DNA from: Hydrurus foetidus
Taxonomy: Eukaryota
Assembly (NCBI GenBank): GCA_900617105.1
Contig: UYFQ01000373.1
Span: 124,001 to 188,000, forward strand
Length of the DNA: 64,000 bases
Direction of reading: 5' to 3'
Made by a program: the position numbers and the translations under genes. Shown here one piece after another: positions 27,619-42,400 of this stretch (position 1 is the first letter of the stretch; each line of letters begins with the position of its first letter). Below the pieces are notes generated by a model, which worked only from the letters and a program-made list of their open reading frames with translations, did not search any database and was not told where the DNA came from.

Positions 27619-30600
27619 TTACAGTTTATACCAATTTCTTTTTTTTGCACAATAAAACGATAGGAAAATAATTCCACCTATGATTACTAACGCACTAAAA
27701 CCTCCCGCTAGACCGTATGTTAATTTTTCTTTTTCGGTTAGAGATTCTAAAAATAAAAATAAAGTGTAGAAATAAAATAAAATAAAATAAAATAATCAAA
27801 AAAATGAATGTGTAATTAAGCAGGATAACTAAATAACGCACTATCCTTGAATTCTACAAAGCAAACAAATCGCACAGTGAGAACTAGCAGTGTGAGGAAT
27901 AATTTGCAATCATTTTTTTGATTTTTGACTTACTTTTTTTGTTTTCTTTTTCCGATGATGGACGACTCGGATTTTTAGTAATCTTATATTCCTGATAAAA
28001 TAGTCCTGATACTACCAGTGTTTCACCATAATACAGAGACAATCTTCTTGAAAATAAAGTGTCCGTTATTGCATAGTTCAATCTTTGAATAATTAGAGCG
28101 GTAGCTTTGATGGGCATTCTTACTGAATATTCCACATTTAAATATATTTCTGGCTGTGTAATGTTACCAACATTTTTATTTTTTGGATAATCGATGTATT
28201 TAAATTCGAAATATGTGATACATCTGTTTATTATATTACTACTAGTTTTGATTGTGGATTTTTTCTCATTATTATTTTCAAATCCGTTTTCATCGTTAAG
28301 TTTTTTCGTATTAAGTGCTGTTACATTTGCATACACAACTTCAACCGTATAATTTTCAAGAGTCACATTTAATCGATAATACGAAACGTATTCGCTTATA
28401 ACTTTATTTAATGACATCTTCAATTTCAAGCTTTTTGCAGGTGTAAGATTATTAAGACCGAAACCTTTTATGATCTACATGAAAGAAAATGAGTAAAATA
28501 AAGAAATAAAATATTAAAAAAAATAAGAAAATGTATGAAAAAAAGTAATATGTTTGTTCAACAAAAAATGTAACTATGTCATGTAGCACATAATTTAATT
28601 TGCACCTTTATATCGAAAATGTACAAAATCCATTTACTTTAGTCAGTGTATGCAAGTGTAAGTAGAATGACAATTTGCTAAAACACTCAAAATGGACAAG
28701 AGTAAATGTTGTACACATAAATACACATCACTATTAAGATGACAATATTCTGTGAAAAAATATTTTGTTAAGTGTAACACTTCTCGATAAAAACGAAAAA
28801 TAAATTGCACGTAAAATAAAAATAAATCATAGATGTAAAGTAGAAATAATGACTATTTATTTTGTCATGCACTGTACCTGTTTCGCTTGTGAAGAGTCAT
28901 CATATGTTGTAGGCGACATAGTTGGCACATCTGATGCGAAAAAATAAATATAGATGAAATGTGGAAAAAATAAAAATGGTATAAGGCCAGTCTTTACGCG
29001 CGCTGGTTTTCGGCAAAGTCGGAATCGGTTTTCAATTAAATTTCCGACCGACCCAAGGTTTTCCGATTTTTGCGATTTCCGACACCGTTTGGATCGGATT
29101 TTTGGGCGATTTTCTGACCGAAATGCTGTCGGAAATCGAAAATCGGAAATTTAATTGAAAACCGATTCCGACTTCGCCGGAAACCAGCGCGCGTAAGGAC
29201 TGGCCTAAGTTATTATTTCAATGTGATTAAAATAATTCAAACGAGTGAGATGACCTACTCATGTTAAATAAGATAATTCAATTTAATTTTATGAAGTCTA
29301 AAGTCAACAAATATTTCATACTTACGAAAAGCGCGAAAAGAAGCGAAACAAATTATGCTAAAATGAGACAAATACAATAAATGCTTCAAATGACCAGAAA
29401 TCACGTACGTAATTTTTGAAGGCGATTACAGTAGTATTAAATGTATTCAATCACGGCAGAGGGAATACAGAATACAAAACATGAAGTACGAATGACACAT
29501 ACGGCAAAAAAAATAAATCGTATTCGTGTCGGTACACTTAATGCATAATACGTATTTTCGTAATTTTACAAAGCAAAAGAAAACAAAATTGCAAAATGAA
29601 TAATTTATTCCGAAAACTTGGCAGTTTTGAGAAAATTGCGTTTTAACCTGTTGAATCAACCGGATTGACGGGATATCCGGTCAGAATCTGAGTAGGAGAT
29701 TCGGTTACTTTTGACGGTTTTACCGTAGGAATAGATGTTGGACCGGTAGGTTTGAAAGATGGAAGAGATGTAGGTTTCGAAGGTTTCTGTGTCGGTACTG
29801 CCGTTGGACCACTTGGTGGGACCGTGGGCGGTAGTGTGGGTTTTCTAGATATTGTAGGGGAGCGGGATAATAATTGTACGGAGGGTTTTGGAGATGGATT
29901 TGATGTTGGAGAATTCGTCATTGTCGGATATTGCGTTTCAGCCTGACCAGTTGGGCCTATAAAAAGACGAGAGAAATAAGAAAAAAATGGAAAGTGAAAA
30001 AGTCAAGAGTGAAAAGTAAAAAATGGGAAGAATAGGGAAAAAAGTAAAATTGACAACTAGAAAAAAAAAGTAAAAAAAATTGTATGTGACAACTGAATGA
30101 ATTAATTGAAAAAAGTGATGTTACATGACAATTTCATGAAATAGAATGTTTATCAGTGGTCTCTTGATGACTTAATTGCCATTCTTATATCGAAATTATT
30201 CCAGAAAAAATATGAAGCTCCGTAATACTAAAAAGTTAGAGAGAACAACTAGATTTAAAATAATGATACAGTGTAGTGTCACAATAATTGTAAATGTGAA
30301 GAGTGGGAATACGCTCTGAATTACGATAATACTAAAGCACTTTGAGATGTACATACGTGACATGATATGACTGTAGCATTTCCTATATTTGTATCGACAA
30401 AGATAAGCAAGATGCGTTTAAAGAACATAGACAAAAATAGTCAACGTTGTAATAACGGACAAATTTGAGAAGGTGAAAAAATAAAAATAAAATAAAATTC
30501 ATCGATATTATTTCTTTCTCTGATGACTAATACAATAAAAATATAATCAAATAAAGTAATGATCTCAAATACATAACAAAAATAATCTGATACGTGCAGG

Positions 30601-32607
30601 TACAAGACACATAAAATAACACATAAAAGTCACTTTTTTCTTACTCGAAGAAGGGAAGCTTGTTGGCTGCTGACATCTTGTAGCATTGCAGTTTTGTTCT
30701 GATTTATAAAAACTCTTGAAGACTAAGCAATTCTCAAATAATTGCAAAGTTCCTTCATTCGTTGCAGTAGAAAATAGGGTGCTATTAATTGATTTTTTTA
30801 GACCCATAGTTAAAAAATTTGATTGGAAAGTTATTGTAGATAGTAGGCTTAATTTCGAAATTTTAGAAGGAATTGTACCAGATAATGAATTTAGTTCTAA
30901 GTTGAGTAATTTTAATTTCTTCATATTTGTTATCAAATTTGGTATTTTTCCAGTTAATGCATTCGTACCGATTGAAAGATATTCTAAATTCGTTAAATTT
31001 GTAAATGAAATCGGTATTTGACCGAATATCAAATTATTTGAAAGTTGTAAATCTTGAAGTTTCGTATTTTGGCCGAGTGTAACGGGAAGCGTTCCGATTA
31101 AAAAGTTAAAAGATAAATCTAATAAAGTTAGAGAACTTAACAGATTTATCCCTTGAGGAATTTCGCCATGTAGTAAATTTCTTGATATTGATAAGTTAGC
31201 AAGTTTATTTAATGATGGTAAATATGATATATTGCCACTTAAAGAATTCGTTGATAAATTCAAATTCATTAATTTTTTACTCCATTTATTTAAATTACTA
31301 GGTATAGTACCATTTAATAAATTGGAACTTAAATCAATAAATTGTAAATTTTGAAGATACGCAATTTCTTCTGGAATTGTTCCGGTTAAATTTTTCATCG
31401 AAATTGAAATTTTTAAAACACTAGAATAATTTAATGTTCCTAAGAATGTTCCGCAGAATATTCCTTCAAAAGAACACCAGGGAGGCTGTGTTGAATAATC
31501 ATTTGAAAGTACCGATTCTGCAATATTTTCAAAATATTCTTCTGCCTTGTTCCTAGGAATGTTGGTAGGAACATTCTGAAGAATATTCTTCAGAATATTA
31601 TTAGCAATATTCTCATTAGTAATTTCTTTTCTGTTTATTCCAATTTCACTTTCATTTTCATCTTCATTTAATATAGTAGAAATGTCCATATTATGGTCAA
31701 CCACTGGCTGTATTTCTGACCAACTCGCATTTGCGACCCAAGAAGTCTTACCCGGAGATAAATCTAAAAAACATAACATCAAATCGTTTATGTAATGTTA
31801 ACGTTTTGCTAAGTATCGTTTAGTGACGTAAGGATCTTAACATGTATCTTTTTGTTGCGTATTAAGAGTAATCGAGTGTCAACAGTGCCGTTATCCTATC
31901 GGTAAGAATATAAGTGCGAAGTGGATAATGCTTCGGTGAAAAGTCAAACATGAAAATAACACTGCAATATTCCATGAAACCAATTATGAGTCATATGCTG
32001 TACAACATCGAAATTCCTAACATCAAATAAGTCTTGTAATCACACATAATAAATTATTCATTCGGAATTCTTCCTAATAAAATGTTTCTCATAGATTAAT
32101 CTTCATAAACTGTCACTCATATTTCTTTCAAATGAGAATTTCAATTATTGCGATAAGATGCAGTAAGTAATAGCCACCTTTTAGATTTTTGAGTTTTGGA
32201 ATAGCGGCAGCGATTGCGAAACATGCTAAACCCTCCTGCATTATCATTCTTTTCGTGACGGCACTGTAGGTCGGAGTAGACGTACGCTGCGATGGAGCGA
32301 CAGTACTTTTCGACTGTGCAAGCGAAGGTTCTACTGTTGGCTTGAAAATAGTTTCGGTAGGGAATGATGATTTTATGGATGGTTGCAGGGTTGGTGATGA
32401 CGACATCAATGATGGCATAACAGTACTCGTTGATGGCGCCAATGACAGTATCATGCTTGGCTCTTGAGTAGGACTAAAAGATTGAGCTGCTTCAGGCGCA
32501 GATGACAAAAAAGTCATCGATGGAGGTGAAGTTGGAGAATTGCTATTGGCCGTGCTATTTGAAACCAGAACTGCCAGTAGACATAGGATAAAAAAAGCTT
32601 CTTTCAT
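27619..32607 (-). CDS. LRR receptor-like type I membrane protein (signal peptide, S/T/P-rich stalks, LRRs, TM helix, short tail; no kinase seen); ~6 exons
   Basis: N-terminal MKEAFFILCLLAVLVSNSTA; PTxxP-type repeats; cap PPWCSFEGIFC; about ten LxxLxLSxNxLxGxIP repeats (30647-31764); TM LTYGLAGGFSALVIIGGIIFLSFYC followed by AKKR. The exact 3' end is uncertain (possible extra exon near 27320-27392). Confidence 0.8.
28985..29205. mobile_element. PIF/Harbinger-type MITE with ~60-bp TIRs in an intron of the LRR gene
   Basis: GGCCAGTCTTTACGCGCGCTGGTTT...AAACCAGCGCGCGTAAGGACTGGCC flanked by TAA/TAA; internal TTCCGA/TCGGAA repeats. Confidence 0.9.
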
Positions 32608-32774
32608 AGTTGTTCCCAAGGGAATAATCTGCTGCTTCCAAAAAAAATCAGTGAACGATTCGACGCAAGAAATTTGCCAGGTATAGCAGCTTCTTCTCCA
32701 GCCAAGATTTCGAAAGTGGCTCCTTGGGTGCCGAATGTGAGCTTGACACAAACGTTAGAAGAGTGATGCTGTGA

Positions 32775-33218
32775 TAGGGTCTGACACAACCGCCCCTAGA
32801 AATCCTCAATCCGGCTTTTTTTCCGCCCCTGAAACCGCCCCAGCTATATCTCCACGACCACGACGAATTATCAACTTTTTAATGCAGATTCTTGTTCCTC
32901 TACTTAGGTCCTACTCAAATATAGCTCTACTTCATCCAAAACGCGAAAGAAAAAATTCGACAAAAAATAATTTTTAGGCTCCTCACCCCAGGTTCGAAAC
33001 ACCCCACGTATTGGTATGAACGGTACAACGGAAGTTATTAACACATTTTAAGACGGTTTTGGATAGGAAATTAGCAGAGCCGGAGGATGGCACATTTACT
33101 TTTTTAGAATTACTTTTTCTTCATTACAAAAAGTAAGAAAGACGGGAAAAGACGGACTGCTTTTTCAGATGAGTGTAAACCGCCCCAAATACGGGAAGGG
33201 CGGTTGTGTCAGACCCTA
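32775..33218. mobile_element. Non-autonomous hAT-type element (444 bp) upstream of the LRR gene
   Basis: Perfect 21-bp TIR TAGGGTCTGACACAACCGCCC; perfect 8-bp TSD TGCTGTGA (32767-32774, 33219-33226); internal CCGCCCC repeats. Confidence 0.93.
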
Positions 33219-34014
33219 TGCTGTGATGCTTCTCACGATTGAAAGATTTGAATCGGGCTGAACTCCTTTTGAAAGTGAGGGTAGGTACGAAAAAAAGTCC
33301 CGGGTACCGTACCGGGACCAGCCCATCCTCTGAAAAGATCTTGGACCGCTACACTTCCATATGGATATAGATGTTCAAAAACATTTCTGCTCTTGTCCCC
33401 AGAAATTCATTGAATTCTCTAATGGTTGACAATTTTTGCTCAATAGCCATTTTCTGAATAACGAATCACGTTGGGGTCTCAGCAATTCGCTGTATCCACA
33501 GCGAAAATATTATCGTACTTTTGTCAATCAAATTGTTTCCATTCTATGTGATACCCATCATACATCTACGCAGTGTTTCATGGAATATACAAGTAACTTA
33601 TATTATTGACAGTTTCTTTCTCCCAGCTGCCTCTTAAAGTTTGTCACCTTATCAATGTGGCATCATTAGATATTGGTTCGCAGCTTCTTGCCGAAATATC
33701 TACAGTCGCATGTATCGTAGTTTGAACGTTTAAAATTTTAATTTTTAAGAAATTAAGTGCAAGAATTTTCCTCATTGGGCTAATAGAGTTTTTATTCCCT
33801 TCTGTCATTGTTTTTTCGTTCGTACAATTTTGATCTCTCTTTTCTTCTTTTCTATCTTGTCTTTTTCAATCCATCATTTTCACTTTTTCTCACTTTGCTT
33901 TCTCTAGTATTACTGTAGTGTAATTATATTTTTATAGTCTCGCAGTGAAATATTAAATTCAAATGTATACAATTACTAATTACATAATTTAACATAACAA
34001 ATCTTTCAAATCAT

Positions 34015-37000
34015 TTAAAAATACCCCACAGCAAGCAATCCATTCGTTTCATCTTCCTTGTCAAATTCATCGGCAGCTGCCAAAATTGCGCTTTTTTTCT
34101 CTTCCACGCTTCCGAATTTTACCATGCGTCCGTGTGCGGGAAAAATCCCTAAAATGAAAGTATTTTTGTTAGAGATAAACATTTGCCAATCAAAATGAAG
34201 CATTTTTTAACAAACAAAAAATCAAAAAAGGGGCGTATTTTATTTTTTGAAGTGGAATAATAATTCGATAATTGGAATAGATGTTAAATCCTACAGTTCG
34301 CAAACGTCTGCAAAATGGAGTAAAGAGCAGTTAAAGAAACGCACAGTGCAGTAATAACAATTCAGTGTGTGGAAAGTGCAGTAGGCGATTAGACCGTTCG
34401 GAACACAGTATAAAGTTACCAAGGCAATAATGCACTACTATAAATTGCAAAATATATTGAATTACATTACTTAGTCCAACAAAAGAACTTCTAAAAGTAA
34501 TAACAATTGTACAATTAAGGCATTGTAGTATTTGCGAAGGACTTACAAGTGAAGTCAAAATCGTCATCTGCGATCAGTCTCATTGATTCTGATTGGATGT
34601 TAACGTTTCCGTGATTATATCGCCTGCACGGAAATAAATTGTTCTAATGACATACAAATATTTTTTGTTATATTTGTGGCATTGACTTATCATGGTTTAT
34701 GCATGATTCTATCGTCTTCATTTACGATTAAGTAGGGCTTCGTATCATGTCATAGTGTATTATGTTCTACAATGTCATCTCTGAAGTATTGTTACACCAC
34801 ATTTGACGACAAATAGAGAGCAAATGATGTCATTCTTAAAATACGACAATCTGTTTTTTTCTCAGTTTACGTTCACCAAAAATAGAAATACGAAATATTC
34901 ATGTATTTTTCGTACTTGAATCCCTCTAATCCTTTTTTAGATGCCGTATACGCGATATGATCACCGGTGAACATTACTGTGTCTTTTTTAGTGCGAAATA
35001 ATATACACAATGATCCCGCAGTATGCCCCTATCGAAGTGAAAAAAACAAAATATTAAAGTTGTTCACGGTGAGGAATTATTTTTTGTATGGTTTCCGTTT
35101 CAGTAAAATGAGAAATGTAATTGCTATGATGTAATGAGTGGTGTGAATTTCGTGTTTCACTGATGATCGACTGATGAATGGATGGCATATTGAAACGTCA
35201 ATCAAGTCGCTACAATTATACTAAATTAAATAGCAGAGGTGAATAAGAAGACAAAAATTTCTCAAATAATACTCAGTCCAAAATAAATTCAATCATCGAT
35301 GTTCGGATGTCAAATATTAAGTGCGTCAGTAAGTCAACGACTTAGTTACTGGCGTGAAAACAATTAGTCTGATGTCGCTTATGATACTAATGTCAATATA
35401 ATTCAAACATATCAAGTACGTCAGTCAGACAGTCATTCAGTCAGTTAGTGTACCAGTCAGCCAGTCAGTCAGCCAGCCACTAATCAGTTACCGGTGTGTG
35501 TTCTCTATTTCAATGTACATGAAGTATGTCGGCGACTAACCGGTGTGTGGATTATTTTAAGATCATCAGAAGGACTCCACACGCCTCCCCCTTCCAGCAG
35601 TGTTTCACATTCCTGGGCTGAGCCCTTCGCATCGGCTCTAAAGGGGAGGGAGTGTGAGGGGGAGGGAGGAGGAGGGAGTGTATGTGTATAAGTGTGTGTG
35701 TGTGTTATTGTGTGTGTGTATGTGCATGAGAGTGTGTGTGCGTGCGTGATGACAATTGACAATTGTGTGTGTGTGTGTGTGTGTGTATGTGTGGGGTGGG
35801 AAGTGTGTGTACATTGGTGTATGGGCGGGAGGAAGGGATAGGAGGAATGTGCGCTCGAGAGAGAGAGTCAGGGAATAAGGATAGTGCGTGTGAGGGAGGG
35901 AGAGGATTGGTAAAGCGGAGTGCATGAAAAAAGTGCATCTGAATAGAGAGATCAAGAATGTATGTAAGTGTGTGTGTGTGTGTGTGTGTGTGAGATAATA
36001 GAAAGAGGGAGGACCAAAAAAACTTACCTGTGCATAATCCTTTGTACATTGGGAAAGCGTGCTTTCCATTTTTCATGATCTTGCGTATCATCTGAATGTG
36101 TGATAATTATTTTATCCACTCCTCCTTCTTCTTCGATTGTTTTCGCTAATCTGTGAGGTTTGATAGTTGTGATGTTCAGACAATTAGGAAGTCATTCAAA
36201 TTTGAAGAAAAAAGATTTTATGAAATTACCCAGTAGGAAGATTATGGGAAAGTTCTGATCACAATATTGAGCTTGTTATTGTTCACTAATCACTAGTTCA
36301 TGTTTTTTATCTGTTGCTAATTTTCAATATCTAGCATGAATTTTATTATACGATTCCCAAAGGTAATTTTTCTGACACCACATCGCTGCTCTAGGAAAAA
36401 AATTACATATACTCATGCAAGTATTTTTAAAAAATTACCTCGAATTGTATCGAGGCAAATCAATCATTATGTTTCCTCCTTCTCTTTTTAGAAAGTATGG
36501 TGTTGCACCAAACGATTCGACTGAATGAAATCCCATGTGCATTACCCCAGGAATATTTTGGGGGTCAATCTAAATCCGTTTTTGACAACCGTATTTAGAA
36601 TTTGTATTTTTAAGTGACAGCAAATTTCATAATGTATTTCACATGTAATAATATATTAGATGGTAAAATCAGAATATGAAAATTAGGTAGTCACAATGGT
36701 GTGTAAGGTACACATCAAGTGCGATGATAAAGTAAGATGCACGATGCGTATAAAAACACAACATAAAAATAACACTAACACAAAATCACCACTCTCACAA
36801 AATTGTACCGCGACATAGTTAAAGATTCAAATCAACATCAACAATTCCAGAATACCGTTTAATCGATCACATTTAATCAATACATTAATATCGACTGAAT
36901 TAAATTTTATCGTATTAGTTTACGTGACATCAATTCCACAAAATCTATTCTATCCACATTATATTTTATTGCATTTCGTTACTCATTATATAGAATTACA

Positions 37001-38237
37001 GAATCACCTCAGCAGGAAATATTTCCAAAACTTTCTTCATTAAGGGGTCCGGTGTTTTTAGCCGTATTGCGCCGACAGGACACGCTAAACTCGCCGCATA
37101 CGCTTGCATTTTCTCCGCCTATTTTGATCAGTAGAATGGTTTTAGAGGTGAATAGAAAGGAAGAAGAATTGTGTCTTAAATTGTTGTAATGATTATCTAT
37201 CTCTAAACATCAGATGTAAGTGTGTTTTATTTGATACCACAGCGGCACAGCTTTGCAAATACATCCTCCAGGGAAAGAAATCAGAAAGCCAGAGTTCTAC
37301 ATCTACTGTAAAATGTCATAATATCCTATTTTGACTTTTGTAAAAGCTGACTATTTCGTTTCAAACTAAGCTGTAGACTCAAATTCAAAGCATTCAAATC
37401 TTTCTGAGATTACATATTTATGGTGGCTAACCCGTACACTTCCCATACTGAAGAAGAATAGAAGACGCGAAGATACGTAAATACAGAAAGTGAAGAAATG
37501 GGGGGTGCAAATAAAATGCATATAAAATTTTTACGTAAGTGAAGAAATGTGGCACACGGAACAATATTTTGATTGACGAAAGTAAAAAAAGCTACAAAGT
37601 GATGAGAGGACAGCTCCAAGAGCTATAATGAAAGAGAATATAATGACAGATTCGACTGCTATCATGAGAAGCTATCGATATTGTAATTCTAATTCGATAA
37701 AATGGTATGTACTCTTCTAGGAAACGAACTGAGTCAGTTCTCCTTCAATCCCGTCATATAACAGACATCAGCAGTAAAAGTTGCTGACTAATTCTTAAAG
37801 AATGCTACCTCTTTGATAGGCTGATTTACAACTGCTGCCTTGATACCTTTCCTAGCAAAAATAGTAGGACACATCCAGCGACATACGTCGCAGTCAATGC
37901 AACCTATGTGTTTTAAATCAGGAAAAGATATCAGCGACTGGTATTGATCAGCAAAAGGAAATTTTTGTTTGTATCTGTGATACAGAAGAAGTTGTTATGA
38001 CGCTGAGGAGCGCGAAAGAGGTTCAGATGTTGACTGGTGATCCGTCAAAAACAATATAGCGCAGTTACCCTCGTCAACGAAGAGGTTCCCGGGTGCATTC
38101 TGTGCGCGTGGCTTTTTGTACGGTGCGATACTCATTCGGAGAGCATTTGAGTCTTTAACGTCCCGAGAAGGAATGCGGAAACCATTCGTATGCGAGACAA
38201 GCAAACAGGCTGATAACAAGCTGAGAATTGAGGTCAT
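34015..38237 (-). CDS. Plastid-targeted ferredoxin-domain + metallo-beta-lactamase-fold hydrolase; ~9 exons
   Basis: Spliced translation MTSILSLLSACLLVSHTNG|F... NAPGNLFVDEGCIDCDVCRWMCP...ACPVGAI (Fe-S motif) ...GFHSVESFGATPY...IITHSDDTQDH...IIHTPGHTAGS...FTGDH...IFPAHGR (MBL motifs). Confidence 0.88.
35690..35991. repeat. (TG)n-rich intronic microsatellite region
   Basis: Visible TG dinucleotide runs. Confidence 0.85.
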
Positions 38238-39410
38238 TGCTGCACCGCTATCACTAAAAAAGACCAACAAAACTGATCTCCGATTGACAAATCGCCTTAC
38301 TGATATGAAACAATCTTTTCTGAACCGTCTTTTGACTGGTTTCTGTGTTACGATCAATAGGAAAGTGATTTAAAGGTGACGGCAGAACGCTCTTGTTCTT
38401 CAATTAGAATCCTGCCGGACATACCGGAATTTTCGGTATGATGTAATCGTGTTGCCAAGATAAGCTCACAACGGTTGACTGATTGGTTCCAGCTAGACAC
38501 TGGAAATTTGATATAACTTAAAGAATCGCAAAATTCGAAGACATCCCTCGAATGAAGCTGACGCGGATCGCGATTTTATTAAAGTTAGGCATTATAAAGG
38601 AGGTTTCAAAGGTGAACAATTAGGTTTAGCGATATAGTGATCCTTTGGACAGGAAATTTCCCTTAAATTTCAATAAGATAATAATAACTATACTACATAT
38701 CAGAGAGGGCCGCGTGTAATTATAGTTGAATTCTGTTTACATCATGCGTTGGAATTTCTCAGATCGAGAAATATGGTACATTTGACAACAAATTTATTTC
38801 CTCTCTGCTTTGCGAGGTTCCACACAGTAGATAAGATGTTCCCTTAATGTGTGTGATCTGGATTTTGAATGCTTCAGTATCAATTTTTACTTTGGGTATT
38901 CATCAACAGGGGGTTAATAAGATAAAATAAATCAACTTCAACTACATGACATTAACGAAGTGACCAATTAAGTGTTGCATTTAAATCAAAGAAGCATCAA
39001 ATTCATCCTTGTCGTCCCGGAACGTATTGTAGATAGATAGGTATCTTTTGCCACCATGTGAACTAAATATCAAAATGATACCAATTCATTCGAAGCAGCG
39101 GGAACGGAAAGTCACGGCACCGGGATAAAATCGACAGTCACGAAAGGTCGCTCATTGGCATATAAAACACTTTCACCAGAAGACGTAAAATAGAGATTCA
39201 TGGAGAAAAAGAAAGGAGAGAAAAGAGAGGAGAGAAAAGAGGAGATCCTACGGTATAGCATCAAAATAACTGATTTTTGCAAATTTACGTGTTTTTTGTT
39301 TTTTGCATGATTTTCCACACCTCTCAATTGTAACCGTGCGCAGCGTTTCATCTCGAACGAAGTAGTCTCGTGAGGCAAGATGAAGAGGGTTGCAGTAAAT
39401 TATTTCCAAG

Positions 39411-42400
39411 ATGGTGAAGCTAACGAACGTCCTCATCCTGGCCTCAGGCCTAGCTGCCACTGCTTTCTCCCTAGAGAGACCTGTCCAGAGAATCTCAGGC
39501 AGCAACAAAATTGGTGCAACCTTTTCGAAGTCACAATCGTTACGTCACAGTGCCCCATCATTCCTGAAGTCTGCCGAGGACAGCAGGTACCAACGTAGAC
39601 AATCCTGCAACAACCCCGCCACACTATTTTGTATGGGCAATAATTTTTGTAAAATACTGCAATGTGCCTCGAGTGTCTGAAGAAATGACTAACTTCCATA
39701 TGTCACAAATTACCGTTGCACCAATAGCAGCGCCGAGGTCGTCGCCCAGAGCTCAACCCCTCCTCCTGCCAAATCCTTCATTGACAAGATCTGGAATGAT
39801 GACACCAAGGTTCGTTAACGTCTCCGCTTACTCGCTTACAACCCTCTTGAATCTAAAATCGCCAAAAATCCGACTATCGCCAATTTATCCAAAACACATT
39901 AAACTTCGCAGCTGACTGCTTACCTGGCAGTCTGGTACCTTGGAAACATCTACTACAACATCTACAACAAGAAGGCATGCATCGCCTTAGGAAAGAACGC
40001 TGCTGGCGCCTCCAACGCTCACTGGGCACTTTCTGCCGTCCAGGTGAGCTACCACTTTCTGTCCTAGTGACTGATGCCGCTATCCCCTATTCACAAGGAA
40101 TCTATCCCCGCTCAATAACTTCGCGCTAGATTCACCCGCACGAATATCGTGCGTACTTGTTTGCCCCTCACTGTCGACCATTATCAACCAACTCGCTATT
40201 TCATTGTCTTTCTCAACGCACTATAAACGGCCTCCTCTAACCTCCTCCTATCCACATTTACCGAAAATTTTCTCTTAATTCTACTTCAGCTTCTGGTCGG
40301 TGTTCTGTTCGTGGTGCCACTCTGGTACGTCATCAATCCTAACCGCACCGTACCATTCGGACTACTGTCCCGTACTACTCATACTCCACCTCCCGTGCTG
40401 CACTCCCAGCCCCCCTGCCACATACACGTATACTGTACAAGACATATTTGTAGTATATTTGAAGCAATTTGATTTGTCCCCTTCTGTTTGATCTGAGATG
40501 GACCCGCTACCGACCCCGGATATCGCTTCTCTTTCCCCTATCTCTCATCACCTCTCCTCCTTTCCTTCCACTGACCCCCATTTCTTCATCAAACCCCTCC
40601 CACTCCGCTAACCCACTCCTATCCCCTTCCCATTTAGGATCACTGGCATCCGCAAAGCTCCTCAGATGACATCTGAGAACTGGAAAGAACTTTCCCCTGT
40701 GGGTCTCTGGGCTGCTTTGGCCCACGCCTTCTCCGTCCTCGCTCTCGGAGCAGGTAAGAAATTTTCATTCTTTATCATTGTAGAATTGCGGTGTATTCCT
40801 TGCTTGAGATGTGTTGAGGCGTACTTTTACACGTGCGCTTTTTTCACATCTGCATACCATCCACTCCTCCCCGCAGTCTGCCCTTCTTCCCTGTAACTCA
40901 TTCACCTTAAACCGTTTCTAACCGTAGGTGCCGTATCTTTCGGCCAGATCGTCAAGGCCGGTGAACCAGTGTTCGCAGCCGCCACCAACGCCATCCTCCT
41001 TGGTGTAAGTACTACGCACGTACTATGTGTGATGCACACGTACTGTACATATGCACCGCATGCGCAGTAGGGGTATTCGCCTCTGCCTTGAATAGTCCGT
41101 CATATTTCTTGCCCTTTTTTGGTAATACACCCTCCTCTTCTCTCTCCCCTCTTCTCTTTCCTTACCTCCCTCCATCACTTTTTACCCCCCTTTCCCCTCC
41201 ACTCACATTCCCCCTTTTTCTCCCCTGCACCCCACAGGACATCGACCATCCTATGGTGTACGCTGCCCTCATCCCCATCATCGGAGGTGTCGGACTCGCC
41301 TCCCTTAAGGAGCTTTCCTTCACATGGACCGCACTCATTGCTGCATCACTTGCCAACCAGGCAGCTGCCTTCAAGAACGTCGTCTCCAAGGTAACCTCAT
41401 TGTTACAATTACTAAACACTATTATGTAATGCTTTTATGTTGTATATATGTGCACGGTATAATATGTTCAATTCTGTATATGCGTGTGTTACATAAGTAT
41501 CAAACACTTACTGAGTTGTGTATTTCTCCAATCTACCAAATCAAAATTATTTTTTCCCATTTATTTTCATTTAATTTTTCTTCATTGATGATTGTAATTC
41601 TCTTTTTATTTATCTTTTACTTTTATTTTCCCTCGCTAGGGCGTAATGGGCAAACCATGGGCCAAGGCACTTGGTCCCCAGAACACTTACTCAGTGGTTA
41701 CCATCCTAGCTCTCCTCTTCACCATGTGAGTACATTGTCTAGTGTGTTTCATAGTATGACATAGTATGATGTATTACTAATTAGAATCTTATGTTCTCTG
41801 CACCGTGTAAGTGAGTTACAATACGATATCTGATGTAATTATTGCACTTACGACACTAACTATTTTACTTCTCACTGCCTATTCTAGACTTATCAATCAC
41901 ATTCTTTCCTTTTTTTTCTTCGCCTCCTTTCGAACCCTAACCTTCACAAATCGATCTGTTTCTAACTTACCCTCCTCCCAACTGTTCCATTTATTACTCA
42001 GCCCATTCGTGCTCGCTTTCGACGCGAAGGACGCCGTGACTGTGTACAACCAGGTAGACCGACACACGTAGAAATAACCGAGATTAGAAATACTTTGTGT
42101 AATGCACTGTATTTTGTGATCCTAGAATCGTCTCTGTCTTTTAATCATTTTTCAAACAATCTTCTCGAACACTGAAATCCACACACAGTATTTTTAACAT
42201 AATCACCCACACCTTCACTCCACTGCATTCCTATCTTATCTGGTTTCATCTCATCTCTTCTCATCGACTCAATATATATCTGCACTCAACTACATTTCAT
42301 CCAATCTGTTCAATTTATCCTACCCCTCTTATCTCACCTATTCTCATCTCACCTATTCTCATCTCACCTCATATCTAATCCAAATCAATCTACCCATTTT

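Noticed and set aside
39915..39930. CTTACCTGG resembling the U1 snRNA 5' end
   Set aside because: It lies within the TPT coding exon (AYLA) and no U1 structure follows.
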